A stretch of DNA of 64,000 nt from a virus: the IMG/VR virus record IMGVR_UViG_3300032245_001520, positions 18,345 to 82,344 of that record, one strand, 5' to 3'. The stretch's first letter is position 1. Each line of letters opens with the position of its first letter. Below the pieces are notes generated by a model that ran no database searches, was not told the DNA's origin, and was given only the letters and a program-made list of their open reading frames with translations. The position numbers and the translations under genes are program-made. This document shows, piece by piece, positions 18,527 through 28,032 of this stretch.

Positions 18527-20224
18527 CTAGAGGGATAAAATATCTACTAGCACATTTTCACGTATGTCTTTTATCATACTCGAGATAGCCGCTCTGGATC
18601 CGGTTTCCGCGCTCATCTCCAAATCCCTAATTTTTGTACCTTTCCACTCTTTCTCGTTTAGGTTCAAAAGTTCTCGCTGTGCTCTTCCAAGCAATGCTCC
18701 AAGTTTTTTCAATCCTTCCGTGTCTCCCTTAGCCTCCAACTCAGCAACTTTGTCTGCAATTTTCTTTCCAGCAGGGTTACCTCCTGCCGAAGTTGGCCCC
18801 CCGTACCAGTACCACGGCTGGGCGGCGCGGGCCATAGTTCCTTCTTTGGCTGACTGCATACCGATAGCAACAGTACGAGCAGACCCTTCAGTCCAAAAGG
18901 AGATTATTTTACCTAGTAGTTTTGATTTCTTGTCAGACGGAAGCCCTGACTCCTCTATCATCTTAATGGCATCAGTTGGTTTGACAGATTTGTCAAGAAG
19001 TTTATTTTCCAGATCTGCTTTTGTTCCTCCGCTAGCTTCCCTCAGGGAGTGAAGTTCTTTCCCCCGAGGGGTCAGCTGCCCTCGATTGTCGAAAGTTACC
19101 TGTTCTCGCTTTTTCGAAGTTTGCTTTCCTGTGGGACTCACGTAGAAGTAGCCTTCAGGGTTGCTTACGTCAAAGTAGTCGGGACTTCCTTCGGACTTAC
19201 CCCTGTTGAGTCTGGACTTGGTTAGACCGTAATTGTACCCTTGCTCGGAAAACCTCCCTCCATGGGAAGCAGGTATGATGTGTTCCAGGTCAGCCTCCAG
19301 TAAAGGCAGTTTTTCACCCGTGTATATGTCTCTCCACCCCGACTCCAATCCTATTCGGACTATCAACTCAGCCCTCCCCCTTTGTTGTTCAACGCTGGCC
19401 TTTTGAACTGGACCGAAAGAAACGGGAATCACGTCAGATTTAGACCCTGGAGGGAAGTGACCACCTTCTGCAACTGACCCCGCTTTCCCCAGGAACGTTC
19501 TTGCTTCAGCGGGCATGAAAGCCAGAGCCAGTTTAACCTCCGCATCAGATACTTTATTCACTCGGTACCCTTCGGCGACTTCTCTCAGAGAATCTCTCAT
19601 TTGCTCTGCGGTCTTGATTTTGCCACTCAGCATGCCCTCGTAAGCCCTGGTCGCCGCTTTTATTCTACCCTGTAGTTTGAAGATGCCCTCCACTTCTTTT
19701 TCTGAAACAGCTGCTCCGGGGTTTTTTACCCCAAACGCCGTTTCTAGCACTCCGTCGACAGTTCTGTTAAAGACTTTCTCTCTCTCTTTGGGGTCCGGGT
19801 AAGCCCTTTCCAGCTCAGAGTAAGCTTCTGTTAGTTCTTTAGCTCTTTTTCTGATGTCCTGCTTTTGAGACTCACCCTTTAACTCTGTGTCCCACTCGGA
19901 CTTTCCAGATTTATCGCTCCCCCCAATTCTCAACTCCCTACTTTGATCTTTAATGTCCTCCAAACCTGAATACTTCTTGAATACTTTTTCTGCGTCTTCA
20001 GGTGTGATGCTACCCTGTTTCACTCGCTCTCGCAAGTGGTCTCTGACTTTGGACAGTGCTTTTTGCACTTCCGGGTCCGGGAAAATTACAAGACAGTCGT
20101 CATCGCGAAAAACACAAGCTGCCCCGCAAGACTTACCTTTTTTGCATACGTCCTTGCTCTCGGCGAAGGAAACCGCCAACCGATTGGACAAGGCGTCGAG
20201 AAGTAGTTGGCGGCGGCAGGTCAT
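18527..20224 (-). CDS. HNH-nuclease-domain protein with N-terminal CxxGKSCGxxC motif
   Basis: N-terminal SFAE-SKDVCKKGKSCGAACVFRDDDC; HNH core DIYTGE...DLEHIIP.SHGG...NY.L...LNRGK; body visibly more AT-rich than the flanks. Confidence 0.75.
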   Translation of the reverse strand: MTCRRQLLLDALSNRLAVSFAESKDVCKKGKSCGAACVFRDDDCLVIFPDPEVQKALSKVRDHLRERVKQGSITPEDAEKVFKKYSGLEDIKDQSRELRIGGSDKSGKSEWDTELKGESQKQDIRKRAKELTEAYSELERAYPDPKEREKVFNRTVDGVLETAFGVKNPGAAVSEKEVEGIFKLQGRIKAATRAYEGMLSGKIKTAEQMRDSLREVAEGYRVNKVSDAEVKLALAFMPAEARTFLGKAGSVAEGGHFPPGSKSDVIPVSFGPVQKASVEQQRGRAELIVRIGLESGWRDIYTGEKLPLLEADLEHIIPASHGGRFSEQGYNYGLTKSRLNRGKSEGSPDYFDVSNPEGYFYVSPTGKQTSKKREQVTFDNRGQLTPRGKELHSLREASGGTKADLENKLLDKSVKPTDAIKMIEESGLPSDKKSKLLGKIISFWTEGSARTVAIGMQSAKEGTMARAAQPWYWYGGPTSAGGNPAGKKIADKVAELEAKGDTEGLKKLGALLGRAQRELLNLNEKEWKGTKIRDLEMSAETGSRAAISSMIKDIRENVLVDILSL

Positions 20225-21039
20225 CAGTCTTCGTATGCTTCTAGGATGTCGGCGATAATGCCGTTGCGGACAATGTCAGATCGGTCAAACTGTATGCGAC
20301 CTACCCCCTTGATGTTGGCCAATCGGTGGTAGGAGTCCAGAAGTCCGCTGTTACGCGAGAAAACCTCCAGGTCAACTTGGCGAGTGTCCCCTGTGATAAC
20401 CACTTTGGCATCCTCACCTACGCGACTGATGACAGTCTTGACATTTTCCGGCATTGAGTTTTGTGCCTCGTCGAAAATGATGAGACAGTTAGAGAATGAT
20501 CTTCCCCGCAAGTCTTCCAACATCATCGGTTCGACAATCTTCTTGGACACCAAGTACTCGGAGGCCCCGTAGGACCTTGTCATGACCGCCAAGTTGTCAA
20601 ACACAGGACCAACCAAGGGAGCCATTTTTTCCTCCATGGTCCCGGGAAGAGCGCCTCTACCCCTCTGATGAGCACACCCTACATCACTTCTAACATAGTA
20701 AACTTTGTCAAGATTACCGCTAGCTATTTCACTCAAGCCCCACCAAAGGGCCACTAGAGTTTTACCAACCCCTGAAGGGCCAATTGCGATGGTCACCGTA
20801 TTTTTATTCAAGGAAGTCCAAAGATCTTCCTGATGGCCGGTTTTAGGGAGGAACGGGAGAACGTCCATGCCACGAGAATAGGACTTCTCGAGCGACTGTG
20901 TGGCTTCGGCACGACGCTTTGTGCGCTTTGTCTTCGAACTTAACATGGGAGTGATTAGGCAGACGGTGGGTAACTGAAACTCTTTGCTGCTTAGAAGGAT
21001 TACATCCGACTCACCCCCTTGACACGTGTTCTGAAACAT
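20224..21039 (-). CDS. phoH: PhoH family ATPase
   Basis: GPSGVGKT Walker A, GALPG..EKMAP, LRGRSF, IFDEAQN, TGD..QVDL and DIVRN motifs. The start may instead be 20946. Confidence 0.95.
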   Translation of the reverse strand: MFQNTCQGGESDVILLSSKEFQLPTVCLITPMLSSKTKRTKRRAEATQSLEKSYSRGMDVLPFLPKTGHQEDLWTSLNKNTVTIAIGPSGVGKTLVALWWGLSEIASGNLDKVYYVRSDVGCAHQRGRGALPGTMEEKMAPLVGPVFDNLAVMTRSYGASEYLVSKKIVEPMMLEDLRGRSFSNCLIIFDEAQNSMPENVKTVISRVGEDAKVVITGDTRQVDLEVFSRNSGLLDSYHRLANIKGVGRIQFDRSDIVRNGIIADILEAYED

Positions 21040-21072
21040 TGGGGTCTGCTCCAGGGTTAGGTGGTTTTACCC

Positions 21073-21264
21073 TCAATGCCAACGCTCCGTAAAGTCCGAC
21101 CATCCACCTTTGCCACCGCAGAACTCGGTGAACTTCTTTTGGTTGGGGTTCTCTTTATTTGCTTTTGTCAGGTACTTGTCCGATGCAGGGTCCGTGATAA
21201 GGACTTTGGTGCCGAAGTCTTCCTGCATAATAGCAGGGACTTTGTCTACCGGTGAAATAGCCAT
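21073..21264 (-). CDS. Small hypothetical protein
   Basis: MAISPVDKVP...KFTEFCGGKGGWSDFTERWH; sits between terL and a late motif. Confidence 0.5.
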   Translation of the reverse strand: MAISPVDKVPAIMQEDFGTKVLITDPASDKYLTKANKENPNQKKFTEFCGGKGGWSDFTERWH

Positions 21265-21312
21265 TGTGATCTGTCTTGTGAGGGACAGCAACTTTTCGTG
21301 AGGTTGCGAATC

Positions 21313-23070
21313 TCAGTCGTCGTAACCGATGCGACCCCGCCCGCCACCCCGACGCAGTCCGAATGATTGAGATCGGTCGTCATCTGACGCAGAGTCATAG
21401 TCAACGCTATTGTATCGCGCTTCCCCGAAAGGTAAACTTCTGCTCAGTCCTCGAGATGTTTGGGTGAACAGAGTGCTGTCCTTAAGACCCTCGCGTCGCA
21501 AATCTCCCAGGTAACGTTTATTTTGAATAATCGCCTCCTGCAGACCCCTGTCGACGACGTCCATCGACATTGCATAGTATGTGAGTGCCCATGTGAATGA
21601 GTCCACGTCATCGTCATGTTTGACATACGGGAAGGTGGTTAGGTTTTTGACGAACTTTTGAGTCCAGTAATCGTCAAGGAAGAATACACGCCCGCTCTCA
21701 AGATACGGAGTGACCGCCTGCAGACGGGTAGACTTCGACTTGAGGGGTTTCATCTCTACAACGGGGATCTTCCCCTCCTTCTTCAGCACCTGGATCAGCG
21801 ATTGACCGCTTGCTGCCTTCTCTATGCACAGCAGTTTTGCCTTGTAGAATGAATATGCTTGTTTTACCGCTTCAATCAAATCGGGGAAACCCCACCTCCC
21901 GGTGATGATCTCGCGTATGTAAATCTTGGTCGGGTCCTTCAGACAGATCGACGCCACACAGAGTGCCGACTCGTCTGACATCTCCCTCTCCTGGAAGGCA
22001 GTATCGCAGGCGATCCAAGTGACATCGTACGATGGCGGTTCCTCGTCCTCACCAATGACCCGCACCCAGGAGTTTTTAACAATCTGACCCTCAGACGCTT
22101 TGGGGACTCCCTGATATAAGGCGGCAAATTTAAATGAACCCATGATTTTCCGCTGCGACTCCAGCATCGGTACAGAGAATGTCGGGTTGCTCGGCCAGTG
22201 CGACTCGCCTACCTTCCGCTCCAGGGGATCATTGTGGGGTTCCTCGCAGAGTCCGGCAATGTTGATCCACCGCCACCGGAAGTCGTCTTTGTCGGGGTGT
22301 CCGACCTCGTCCGGATCGTAGACACCGTCGCCCTGAATCAGCACACCGTGAAGATCCTTCTCGTGGAATCTCGTGGCGATGATCAACTGGCAGTAGTGAT
22401 TTGTTCTTCGAGTCGATGCTTGCTCACTCCACCAACTTTCCAAATTGTCCAGTGCCTGTTTCGAGTCAGACGATTTCAGCGGATCGTCGATGACCATCGC
22501 ACCGACACCGGGCGAGTCCATATCCGTCGTCCCTGCTGTGAATCCAGTCAGCACCCCACCCACCGACGTCGCAAGGATGTACCCGCCGCCATTCATGTCG
22601 TACTTAGAGTCGGGGGAGAATCCCAACCACTCGGGGAATATTTTCTTGAACGTCGGTGTCTTCAGCATCCCCACCACCTCGCGGTGGAACTTGAATGACA
22701 GCGACGCACCATACGATGCGATAACATGCTGTGTCTTCTGATCGCGTCCGAGCAACCACGCCAGGAACATCGTCGCCAGCATCGACTTGCCAGATCGCGG
22801 AGGGCAGGAGACGATCAGTCGCCGATTCCTCCGGGTGGCCAGATCTTCGAATGCCGACGCAATGATCTCATGGAAATCGGATACTTGAAGGTCGCCTGCC
22901 TTCATCAGGTCGCAGAATGCCAGAAAGCAGTCTCGTGCTGCCTTGTGCTTGTACTCTTGAATGATGCTCCGAGGCGCCTCCAGCAGAGTCAACTCTCGAA
23001 GTCCCTTCTGATACTGGCGCCACGAGGAATGCTGCTCCAGCTGGCTGACCCGTGTTATTGGCGGTCTCAT
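21313..23070 (-). CDS. terL: Terminase large subunit
   Basis: Walker A PPRSGKS, Walker B VIDDPLK, nuclease residues ACDTA, IEKAASG and HDDDVDS. Confidence 0.95.
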   Translation of the reverse strand: MRPPITRVSQLEQHSSWRQYQKGLRELTLLEAPRSIIQEYKHKAARDCFLAFCDLMKAGDLQVSDFHEIIASAFEDLATRRNRRLIVSCPPRSGKSMLATMFLAWLLGRDQKTQHVIASYGASLSFKFHREVVGMLKTPTFKKIFPEWLGFSPDSKYDMNGGGYILATSVGGVLTGFTAGTTDMDSPGVGAMVIDDPLKSSDSKQALDNLESWWSEQASTRRTNHYCQLIIATRFHEKDLHGVLIQGDGVYDPDEVGHPDKDDFRWRWINIAGLCEEPHNDPLERKVGESHWPSNPTFSVPMLESQRKIMGSFKFAALYQGVPKASEGQIVKNSWVRVIGEDEEPPSYDVTWIACDTAFQEREMSDESALCVASICLKDPTKIYIREIITGRWGFPDLIEAVKQAYSFYKAKLLCIEKAASGQSLIQVLKKEGKIPVVEMKPLKSKSTRLQAVTPYLESGRVFFLDDYWTQKFVKNLTTFPYVKHDDDVDSFTWALTYYAMSMDVVDRGLQEAIIQNKRYLGDLRREGLKDSTLFTQTSRGLSRSLPFGEARYNSVDYDSASDDDRSQSFGLRRGGGRGRIGYDD

Positions 23071-23348
23071 TTCCCGTCAGTCAGGCGACTCAGAAGTTCG
23101 TCCACTTTTCCGGTGTACTCCTTCGCCAGACTTGCCTCATCCTTCGACTCCTTATCGCTGAGCGAGACAATATCAGACACAATGTCGCGATGTGTCTTGA
23201 CGGCACTGTTGAAGATGTTGACGAGGTCGCGCACGGAGCACTCAGTCATTTGGTCCTGGATGTACCCCAACGCGTCATTCGCAACCTTCAGTGCTTCTGC
23301 AGCGAGATATTCCTTCTGCTGAAGAATATCCTCGTGTTTTTTGCTCAT
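23067..23348 (-). CDS. Putative terminase small subunit
   Basis: Helical 93 aa ORF overlapping the terL start (ATGA), preceded by a late motif. Positional inference only. Confidence 0.5.
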   Translation of the reverse strand: MSKKHEDILQQKEYLAAEALKVANDALGYIQDQMTECSVRDLVNIFNSAVKTHRDIVSDIVSLSDKESKDEASLAKEYTGKVDELLSRLTDGK

Positions 23349-23380
23349 GGGGGTGTGCCCTCTGTTGAGTGGTTTTACCC

Positions 23381-23462
23381 TGCCAGGTGTTCGATCGATG
23401 TGCCATGTGCGCACATGTGCCATGTGTTCGATCGATCGATGCATCGATGACATGCCAGGCAC
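23381..23462. repeat. Palindrome cluster (CGATCG/ATCGAT/ATGCAT/TGCGCA/ACATGT)
   Basis: Intergenic; 26-nt core ATGTGTTCGATCGATCGATGCATCGA at 23422-23447 is identical to 47685-47710. Confidence 0.8.
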
Positions 23463-23618
23463 TCAGAACCTTCGACGACAGGAGGAGCACCCTCGCGTCG
23501 CTGCCTGCTGCCCATGCCCCTTGTACTGGTGAATCTGCCGAAGGATTCTCGCTGCCAGTGCGTGATTATTTGTAGAAACTGCGTGTTGGTACTGTTTCCA
23601 TAACTCTTGAATACCCAC
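23463..23618 (-). CDS. Small hypothetical protein ending GCSSCRRRF
   Basis: GTG start overlaps the upstream stop codon. Confidence 0.45.
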   Translation of the reverse strand: MGIQELWKQYQHAVSTNNHALAARILRQIHQYKGHGQQAATRGCSSCRRRF

Positions 23619-24841
23619 TAGCAAATCCCCACACCAGGGCCACCACCACCGGGACCGACACCGGAACCGGAGCAGGGGAGGCAACCCAGTCGCCACAGCG
23701 AGTTGACCGAAGCAAACTCGAAGGTGTCCTCCAGTAACCACCCACGACCCTGAGGTGATTGACCAACGAAGTAGAACCGACCGGAAGACGTTTGGATGAA
23801 CGTCTCCGTCATCACACCGACAAGTGTGCCACCGTCGATGGGTCGCTTCGGTGCTTCCGGATTCAGAGGGTCTGTGTACAGGTTCTGAACACCGCCAGTC
23901 ACCACAGCAAAGTCGCCAGTCTTCATGCCACTAAAGAACACCGCATCCAGTTGCTTCCGGTCGCCACTGATCGACTTGTTCCACAGTTCGAGTGCGTATC
24001 GCGCCAGTTTCTTCTTCGTCGTGCAGTACAGCACCTCGCGGATCGGTTGCTTCGTCACCGAGTCCCAGATGGTCACCACCAGGTGTCCGTCCGGAGTGTA
24101 CGAGTTGTTGCTGAGCAGATAGATTGGTTGATTGAGCGGGTCCTCGATGAAGACGCAATCAGGGTCGCATACGAACACCCAGTCACCAGATTGAGTTAGC
24201 TCGTCGCTCCACCGGATGCCGAAGCACTTGTCGTAGTCCTCGTCCGGTTTGCGGTCGCAAGGGTAGGAGGGAACGTAAATGTCGCCAGTCGCCTCGTCGA
24301 CCACCCCACCAAGGGGCAGTCGCGTCTCGACACCGAGACCGGGAAATAGCTGCGAGCAGTTGCCCCGCGCCACGCAAGGGTCAAGAGCGACGTATGGTAG
24401 GGTCGCCTGAGTGGTCAGGACATATTCTTGCGTGTAGCAGTATTGAGAGTTTTCACTGAGTCCTGTGAATCTCTCAGATTGACAAGTAAAAGATTCCAGT
24501 ACCTCAACTCCCGCATTGCCCGGCACCCCACCGTTGAGGGTTAAGAAAGCACCGGCAAGAAGTTGAGTGGCGAAATCATGCCCAGACGAGGACAGGTAGT
24601 TCTGCGTTGAAAAATTGCACTCAAACGACATTTGACGAGTGTAAACTAATGGAACTCTATTCATGACGGAATCAGTGCTCCCTGTGTACCTGACAACGAT
24701 ATTGTTGGTCCCCTGGACTACCCCTTCTTTTTCAATGGCATCCGCAAGGCGTAAAACATTAACGCTCAGAGGAATCAAAGGTGATGCAATTAAGGCATCG
24801 CAGATGTACTGCTCTATGCGCGAGATGGTATCGAGTCTCAT
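23618..24841 (-). CDS. Mu gp37-like tail terminator/head-tail protein with C-terminal extension
   Basis: N-terminal IEQYICDAL...NIVVRYTGS...LL......L.G..P pattern. Confidence 0.5.
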   Translation of the reverse strand: MRLDTISRIEQYICDALIASPLIPLSVNVLRLADAIEKEGVVQGTNNIVVRYTGSTDSVMNRVPLVYTRQMSFECNFSTQNYLSSSGHDFATQLLAGAFLTLNGGVPGNAGVEVLESFTCQSERFTGLSENSQYCYTQEYVLTTQATLPYVALDPCVARGNCSQLFPGLGVETRLPLGGVVDEATGDIYVPSYPCDRKPDEDYDKCFGIRWSDELTQSGDWVFVCDPDCVFIEDPLNQPIYLLSNNSYTPDGHLVVTIWDSVTKQPIREVLYCTTKKKLARYALELWNKSISGDRKQLDAVFFSGMKTGDFAVVTGGVQNLYTDPLNPEAPKRPIDGGTLVGVMTETFIQTSSGRFYFVGQSPQGRGWLLEDTFEFASVNSLWRLGCLPCSGSGVGPGGGGPGVGIC

Positions 24842-24842
24842 T

Positions 24843-25205
24843 TCAACCCACGAATTGCGTTGTGGAACCGTCGGTATTGGTAAAGGTGATAACCTGCACT
24901 CGAGGTTGTGGATCCGCAACCGGCGCAGGGACCGCAGGTTTCCACTCGATGCCCACCCAAACCTTCAACATCTGCTCCTCCATATCGAACCATAACTCTC
25001 CCAATGTTGGACTCGCCACCGAATCTTCGGGAAGAGAGACATGCGCCGGACCGGACTTGACCAGGTTACCCGTGTGATCCTTGAAAAACAACCCTGGCGT
25101 CGAAGCATGATAGTTAACGACGATCTCGCCTGTCGACAGATTGCTCGGAGAGGGGCGACGATGGGCGACGTTTGACCGTTTAAGACGAAGAGTGGGGGTC
25201 GCCAT
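24843..25205 (-). CDS. Small protein consisting almost only of the shared N-terminal fibre domain
   Basis: LKRSNVAHRRP..GEIVVN..PGLFFKD..KSGP..GELWFD. Confidence 0.7.
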   Translation of the reverse strand: MATPTLRLKRSNVAHRRPSPSNLSTGEIVVNYHASTPGLFFKDHTGNLVKSGPAHVSLPEDSVASPTLGELWFDMEEQMLKVWVGIEWKPAVPAPVADPQPRVQVITFTNTDGSTTQFVG

Positions 25206-25257
25206 ATCTACGGTAGTGGTTCAGGGTGACTTGAAAGTGTTTTACCCTGCATACGGG

Positions 25258-25279
25258 AAAAGGGACCCCGAAAGGTCCC
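25258..25279 (-). terminator. Intrinsic terminator
   Basis: GGGACC-TTTCG-GGGTCCC hairpin followed by TTTT, downstream of the 25301 gene. Confidence 0.65.
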
Positions 25280-25300
25280 CCGTATCGCCTGTATCAGAGA

Positions 25301-26347
25301 TCAGAACGTTCCAAAATCCGCCGATGTGGTCACCAGCACGCCATCAACGATGTCAAGACCATCGCCGATGGTGATCTCGCCGAAGTTTCCAGCGACTTCA
25401 GCACCGAGGATGCTCTTCTGGGTTGCCTGTTGGATCTTGGCATAGGTGACGCCATTGTCAGCGATGCTGATTTCGCGGTTGGCACTGATGTCGCCACCAC
25501 CTTGCAGACCACCGCTGGTGGAGATGGTGGTTGTCTTGACGGCATACAGGACATCCGTGATTGCCTGGGTGACGGAACCGGGGGTTCCCAGCATCAGCCA
25601 TTGGCCCTGTGCCGAGGCGATCAGAGAGACAGCGACGTGCTCAGTGATCGAACCGGAGAGGTTCAGAATGGCGTAGTTTGGGTCGCTCTGCAGCAGACCA
25701 TAGGCATCAGCGATGACAACGACGTCGCCTGCCTCGGGAACGGTACTGTAGCCAGCACCTTCGGAGAAAGCAGCGACGTTGGCGAAGCCCCGAACGTTGG
25801 CCAGGTTGGTGGGAACGTTGGCCCAAACAGGCGCACCTTCGACTAGTTTGAGAAACTGGCCATCAGTGCCAGCGGGCAGGGCATCTTGCTTGGTCGCAAC
25901 ACTCTGAGCCAGGGCATCTAGTGCTTCCTGAACTGTGGTTGCAGACAGCTCATAGGTGTCGACGTAGGAAACCTGAGAGGCAGCCTGGTCGTCAGCACTC
26001 TGGTCTACCCAGACGGTCGCGGTGCCATTCCAGCTGAGGACTTGGCCAGCGGTGCCAGCAGCGGCAGGTTTGTCGATTTTGTCGGAGAGACCAGCGAGCG
26101 CATCGGAGGCGTCGCTCTGAGCAGAGGCAATCGCGGCGTAGTCATTCAGACTGACAGCAAACCATCCCTCCAAAGGGGTGGAGGCAGCGGTTTGAGTGCC
26201 GTCAATAGCGGTATAGAAGGAGGTGCCATCGCCGACGAAGAGGATCTTGTCAGCGAAGTTGAAAGCGATTTCACCAGCTTTCAGCGACGCGGGAGCGTTG
26301 CCGGCAGTGGTACTGCGGAGAAACTGAAGATGCTTAGGCAGTGTCAT
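25301..26347 (-). CDS. Tail fibre/adaptor protein
   Basis: FLRS..GNAP..LKAGEIAFN..DKILFVGDG N-terminus; ends ADFGTF. Confidence 0.7.
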   Translation of the reverse strand: MTLPKHLQFLRSTTAGNAPASLKAGEIAFNFADKILFVGDGTSFYTAIDGTQTAASTPLEGWFAVSLNDYAAIASAQSDASDALAGLSDKIDKPAAAGTAGQVLSWNGTATVWVDQSADDQAASQVSYVDTYELSATTVQEALDALAQSVATKQDALPAGTDGQFLKLVEGAPVWANVPTNLANVRGFANVAAFSEGAGYSTVPEAGDVVVIADAYGLLQSDPNYAILNLSGSITEHVAVSLIASAQGQWLMLGTPGSVTQAITDVLYAVKTTTISTSGGLQGGGDISANREISIADNGVTYAKIQQATQKSILGAEVAGNFGEITIGDGLDIVDGVLVTTSADFGTF

Positions 26348-26409
26348 TTTTGAAACTCAAGGGGATATCGTTGGTTCACTTGCGCAATCGCGCTAATCGG
26401 TTTTACCCG

Positions 26410-26643
26410 TCAGAAAACACCGTAGTCCAAGTTACCATCAAGACCGTCCCCTGCGATCACAAGTTCGCCATCTCGCACAAAAATGTTCGCACCTGAGTTG
26501 AGCATACCCGCACTGGTCTGTATACCAAACTGCTCTGCCTCCAGGATGTCGGGAGTGCGAAAAGGATCGTTGGGGATCTCTTCCGTCGGGTCGAACGGTT
26601 CCGCAGCGTTTATGTTCTTGCGTTGCCTCGGAATCATGCCCAT
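26410..26643 (-). CDS. Small fibre adaptor
   Basis: FDPTEEIPNDPF motif; ends LDYGVF; has its own late motif. Confidence 0.55.
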   Translation of the reverse strand: MGMIPRQRKNINAAEPFDPTEEIPNDPFRTPDILEAEQFGIQTSAGMLNSGANIFVRDGELVIAGDGLDGNLDYGVF

Positions 26644-26670
26644 GACGCTGTCTGGGGGATTTTACCCGGT

Positions 26671-26868
26671 TCACTCACCTAAGACACCGCAGTCTATGTC
26701 ACCAACAAGGCCTCTAGCTTCGATTGCTGTTGTCTCGCCTTCGACAATCAGAGCGCCGCTGGGCATCATTTTGTCACCAGACTGGATCAAAAACTCTTCG
26801 TTGTCGTTGACAAAGGGTTCGTTGGGGACTGGCTGGTTAGGGTTGAAGGATGGGGTGTTGATGGCCAT
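26671..26868 (-). CDS. Small fibre adaptor
   Basis: FNPNQPVPNEPF motif; ends IDCGVLGE. Confidence 0.55.
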   Translation of the reverse strand: MAINTPSFNPNQPVPNEPFVNDNEEFLIQSGDKMMPSGALIVEGETTAIEARGLVGDIDCGVLGE

Positions 26869-26870
26869 GG

Positions 26871-28031
26871 TTAGATGCTCGCGTGAAGGGAGTTGGCAAT
26901 GTTGAGCAAGGTTTGGTCGGGTGGGAGGTCGGCAGGATCACCGATCCACCAGGCAACGGTGACGATGGGGGAAGACCAGTTATTTGCGGCGGAAGCAGGG
27001 GCGGCTCCGCCGATAAACTGAGACCCGTTGACGTACCCTGTGGAAGTGGTGACCACCCCGTTCGTCAGAGTGGCTGCACCGTTGATTGAGGAACGTGTTG
27101 CTTGCCCCGGACCCCGGTCGATGAACAGGTAGGTGTTTTTACCGAGGGTTGTCGTGTTTATAGTCTGTTCCCCGAAGCTTCGGGTGATTCCGTTGTCGAC
27201 GTAGAAGGTGGTGCCGTTTCGTGTGAATGACAGGTTCTTTCCGCTCACAAATGTGGCGTTACTTGCAAACTCGTACACCCTACCACTTGCAGGGGAGGTT
27301 GCTGCGTTGAACTGAAAGATGAACCAACAAGCAGTACCTGTTTGGGGGGAGCCAGTCTGAGAGGCAACGTTGGTGAACTTTCGGACGGCTTGATCTGTTC
27401 CCGACGTCGGCCCCATTAGCTGGCCACAGTAACGCAGGGTGGGTGCGGGGACGGTGCCTCCGATGATGTCACAAGTCGCCTGAACGCTAAGACCGCTCGC
27501 CTGGTCATACCAACGTTGTAGGCTCACGTAAGTAGACCCGGTTAGGGGTGCGTAGTTCGCCATTGTCCAGTTGTTCGCCGAAGCGTTGTCAGTGACGTTG
27601 CGGCATTGAAACCACGCAGGGGTTGTCCACCCGGATGTCATCTGCCCTAGCATCGGCGTGTAGGAGCTTGTCACCTGCTGCTTCATCGAGTAGATGTGAA
27701 CCCCAGTCAGACTCGGCAGAAGGTCGAACGGCAGCGGCGGATTCATGTCGACGGCGTTAAACCATGAGTACCCGTAAGTGTTCAACTGTTGGAGATTGGT
27801 ATCGTACCACATCTCGCCAGGGGAGTTTCCTGCAGATCCCGCCGGGGTGGAGTTTGGTACGGTGGTCCCGACCTCGACAGGGCCCACTTTGCTAATGTCG
27901 CCACTAGAGCTTTTGAAGAAAATGCCGCCGCTTGTGGGGTTGAAATTTAGTCCCAGCTCGCCGCTTAGCAGGTCTCCAGGTTGGGGGCGTTTGTTTGCGG
28001 TGCCTGAGCGCTTGAGCAGAAAAGTTGACAT
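26871..28031 (-). CDS. Putative receptor-binding paralogue 7 of 7
   Basis: Shared N-terminal domain, PFDL..HIYS, C-terminal TVAWWIG. Confidence 0.7.
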   Translation of the reverse strand: MSTFLLKRSGTANKRPQPGDLLSGELGLNFNPTSGGIFFKSSSGDISKVGPVEVGTTVPNSTPAGSAGNSPGEMWYDTNLQQLNTYGYSWFNAVDMNPPLPFDLLPSLTGVHIYSMKQQVTSSYTPMLGQMTSGWTTPAWFQCRNVTDNASANNWTMANYAPLTGSTYVSLQRWYDQASGLSVQATCDIIGGTVPAPTLRYCGQLMGPTSGTDQAVRKFTNVASQTGSPQTGTACWFIFQFNAATSPASGRVYEFASNATFVSGKNLSFTRNGTTFYVDNGITRSFGEQTINTTTLGKNTYLFIDRGPGQATRSSINGAATLTNGVVTTSTGYVNGSQFIGGAAPASAANNWSSPIVTVAWWIGDPADLPPDQTLLNIANSLHASI

Positions 28032-28032
28032 G

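Noticed and set aside
19190-19340. Resemblance to the Cas9 HNH motif (YTGE...D.EHIIP.S)
   Set aside because: No RuvC motifs, bridge helix, CRISPR array or cas genes were seen; it is treated as a generic HNH domain.
23381-23462. CRISPR mini-array
   Set aside because: There is no regular repeat-spacer periodicity.
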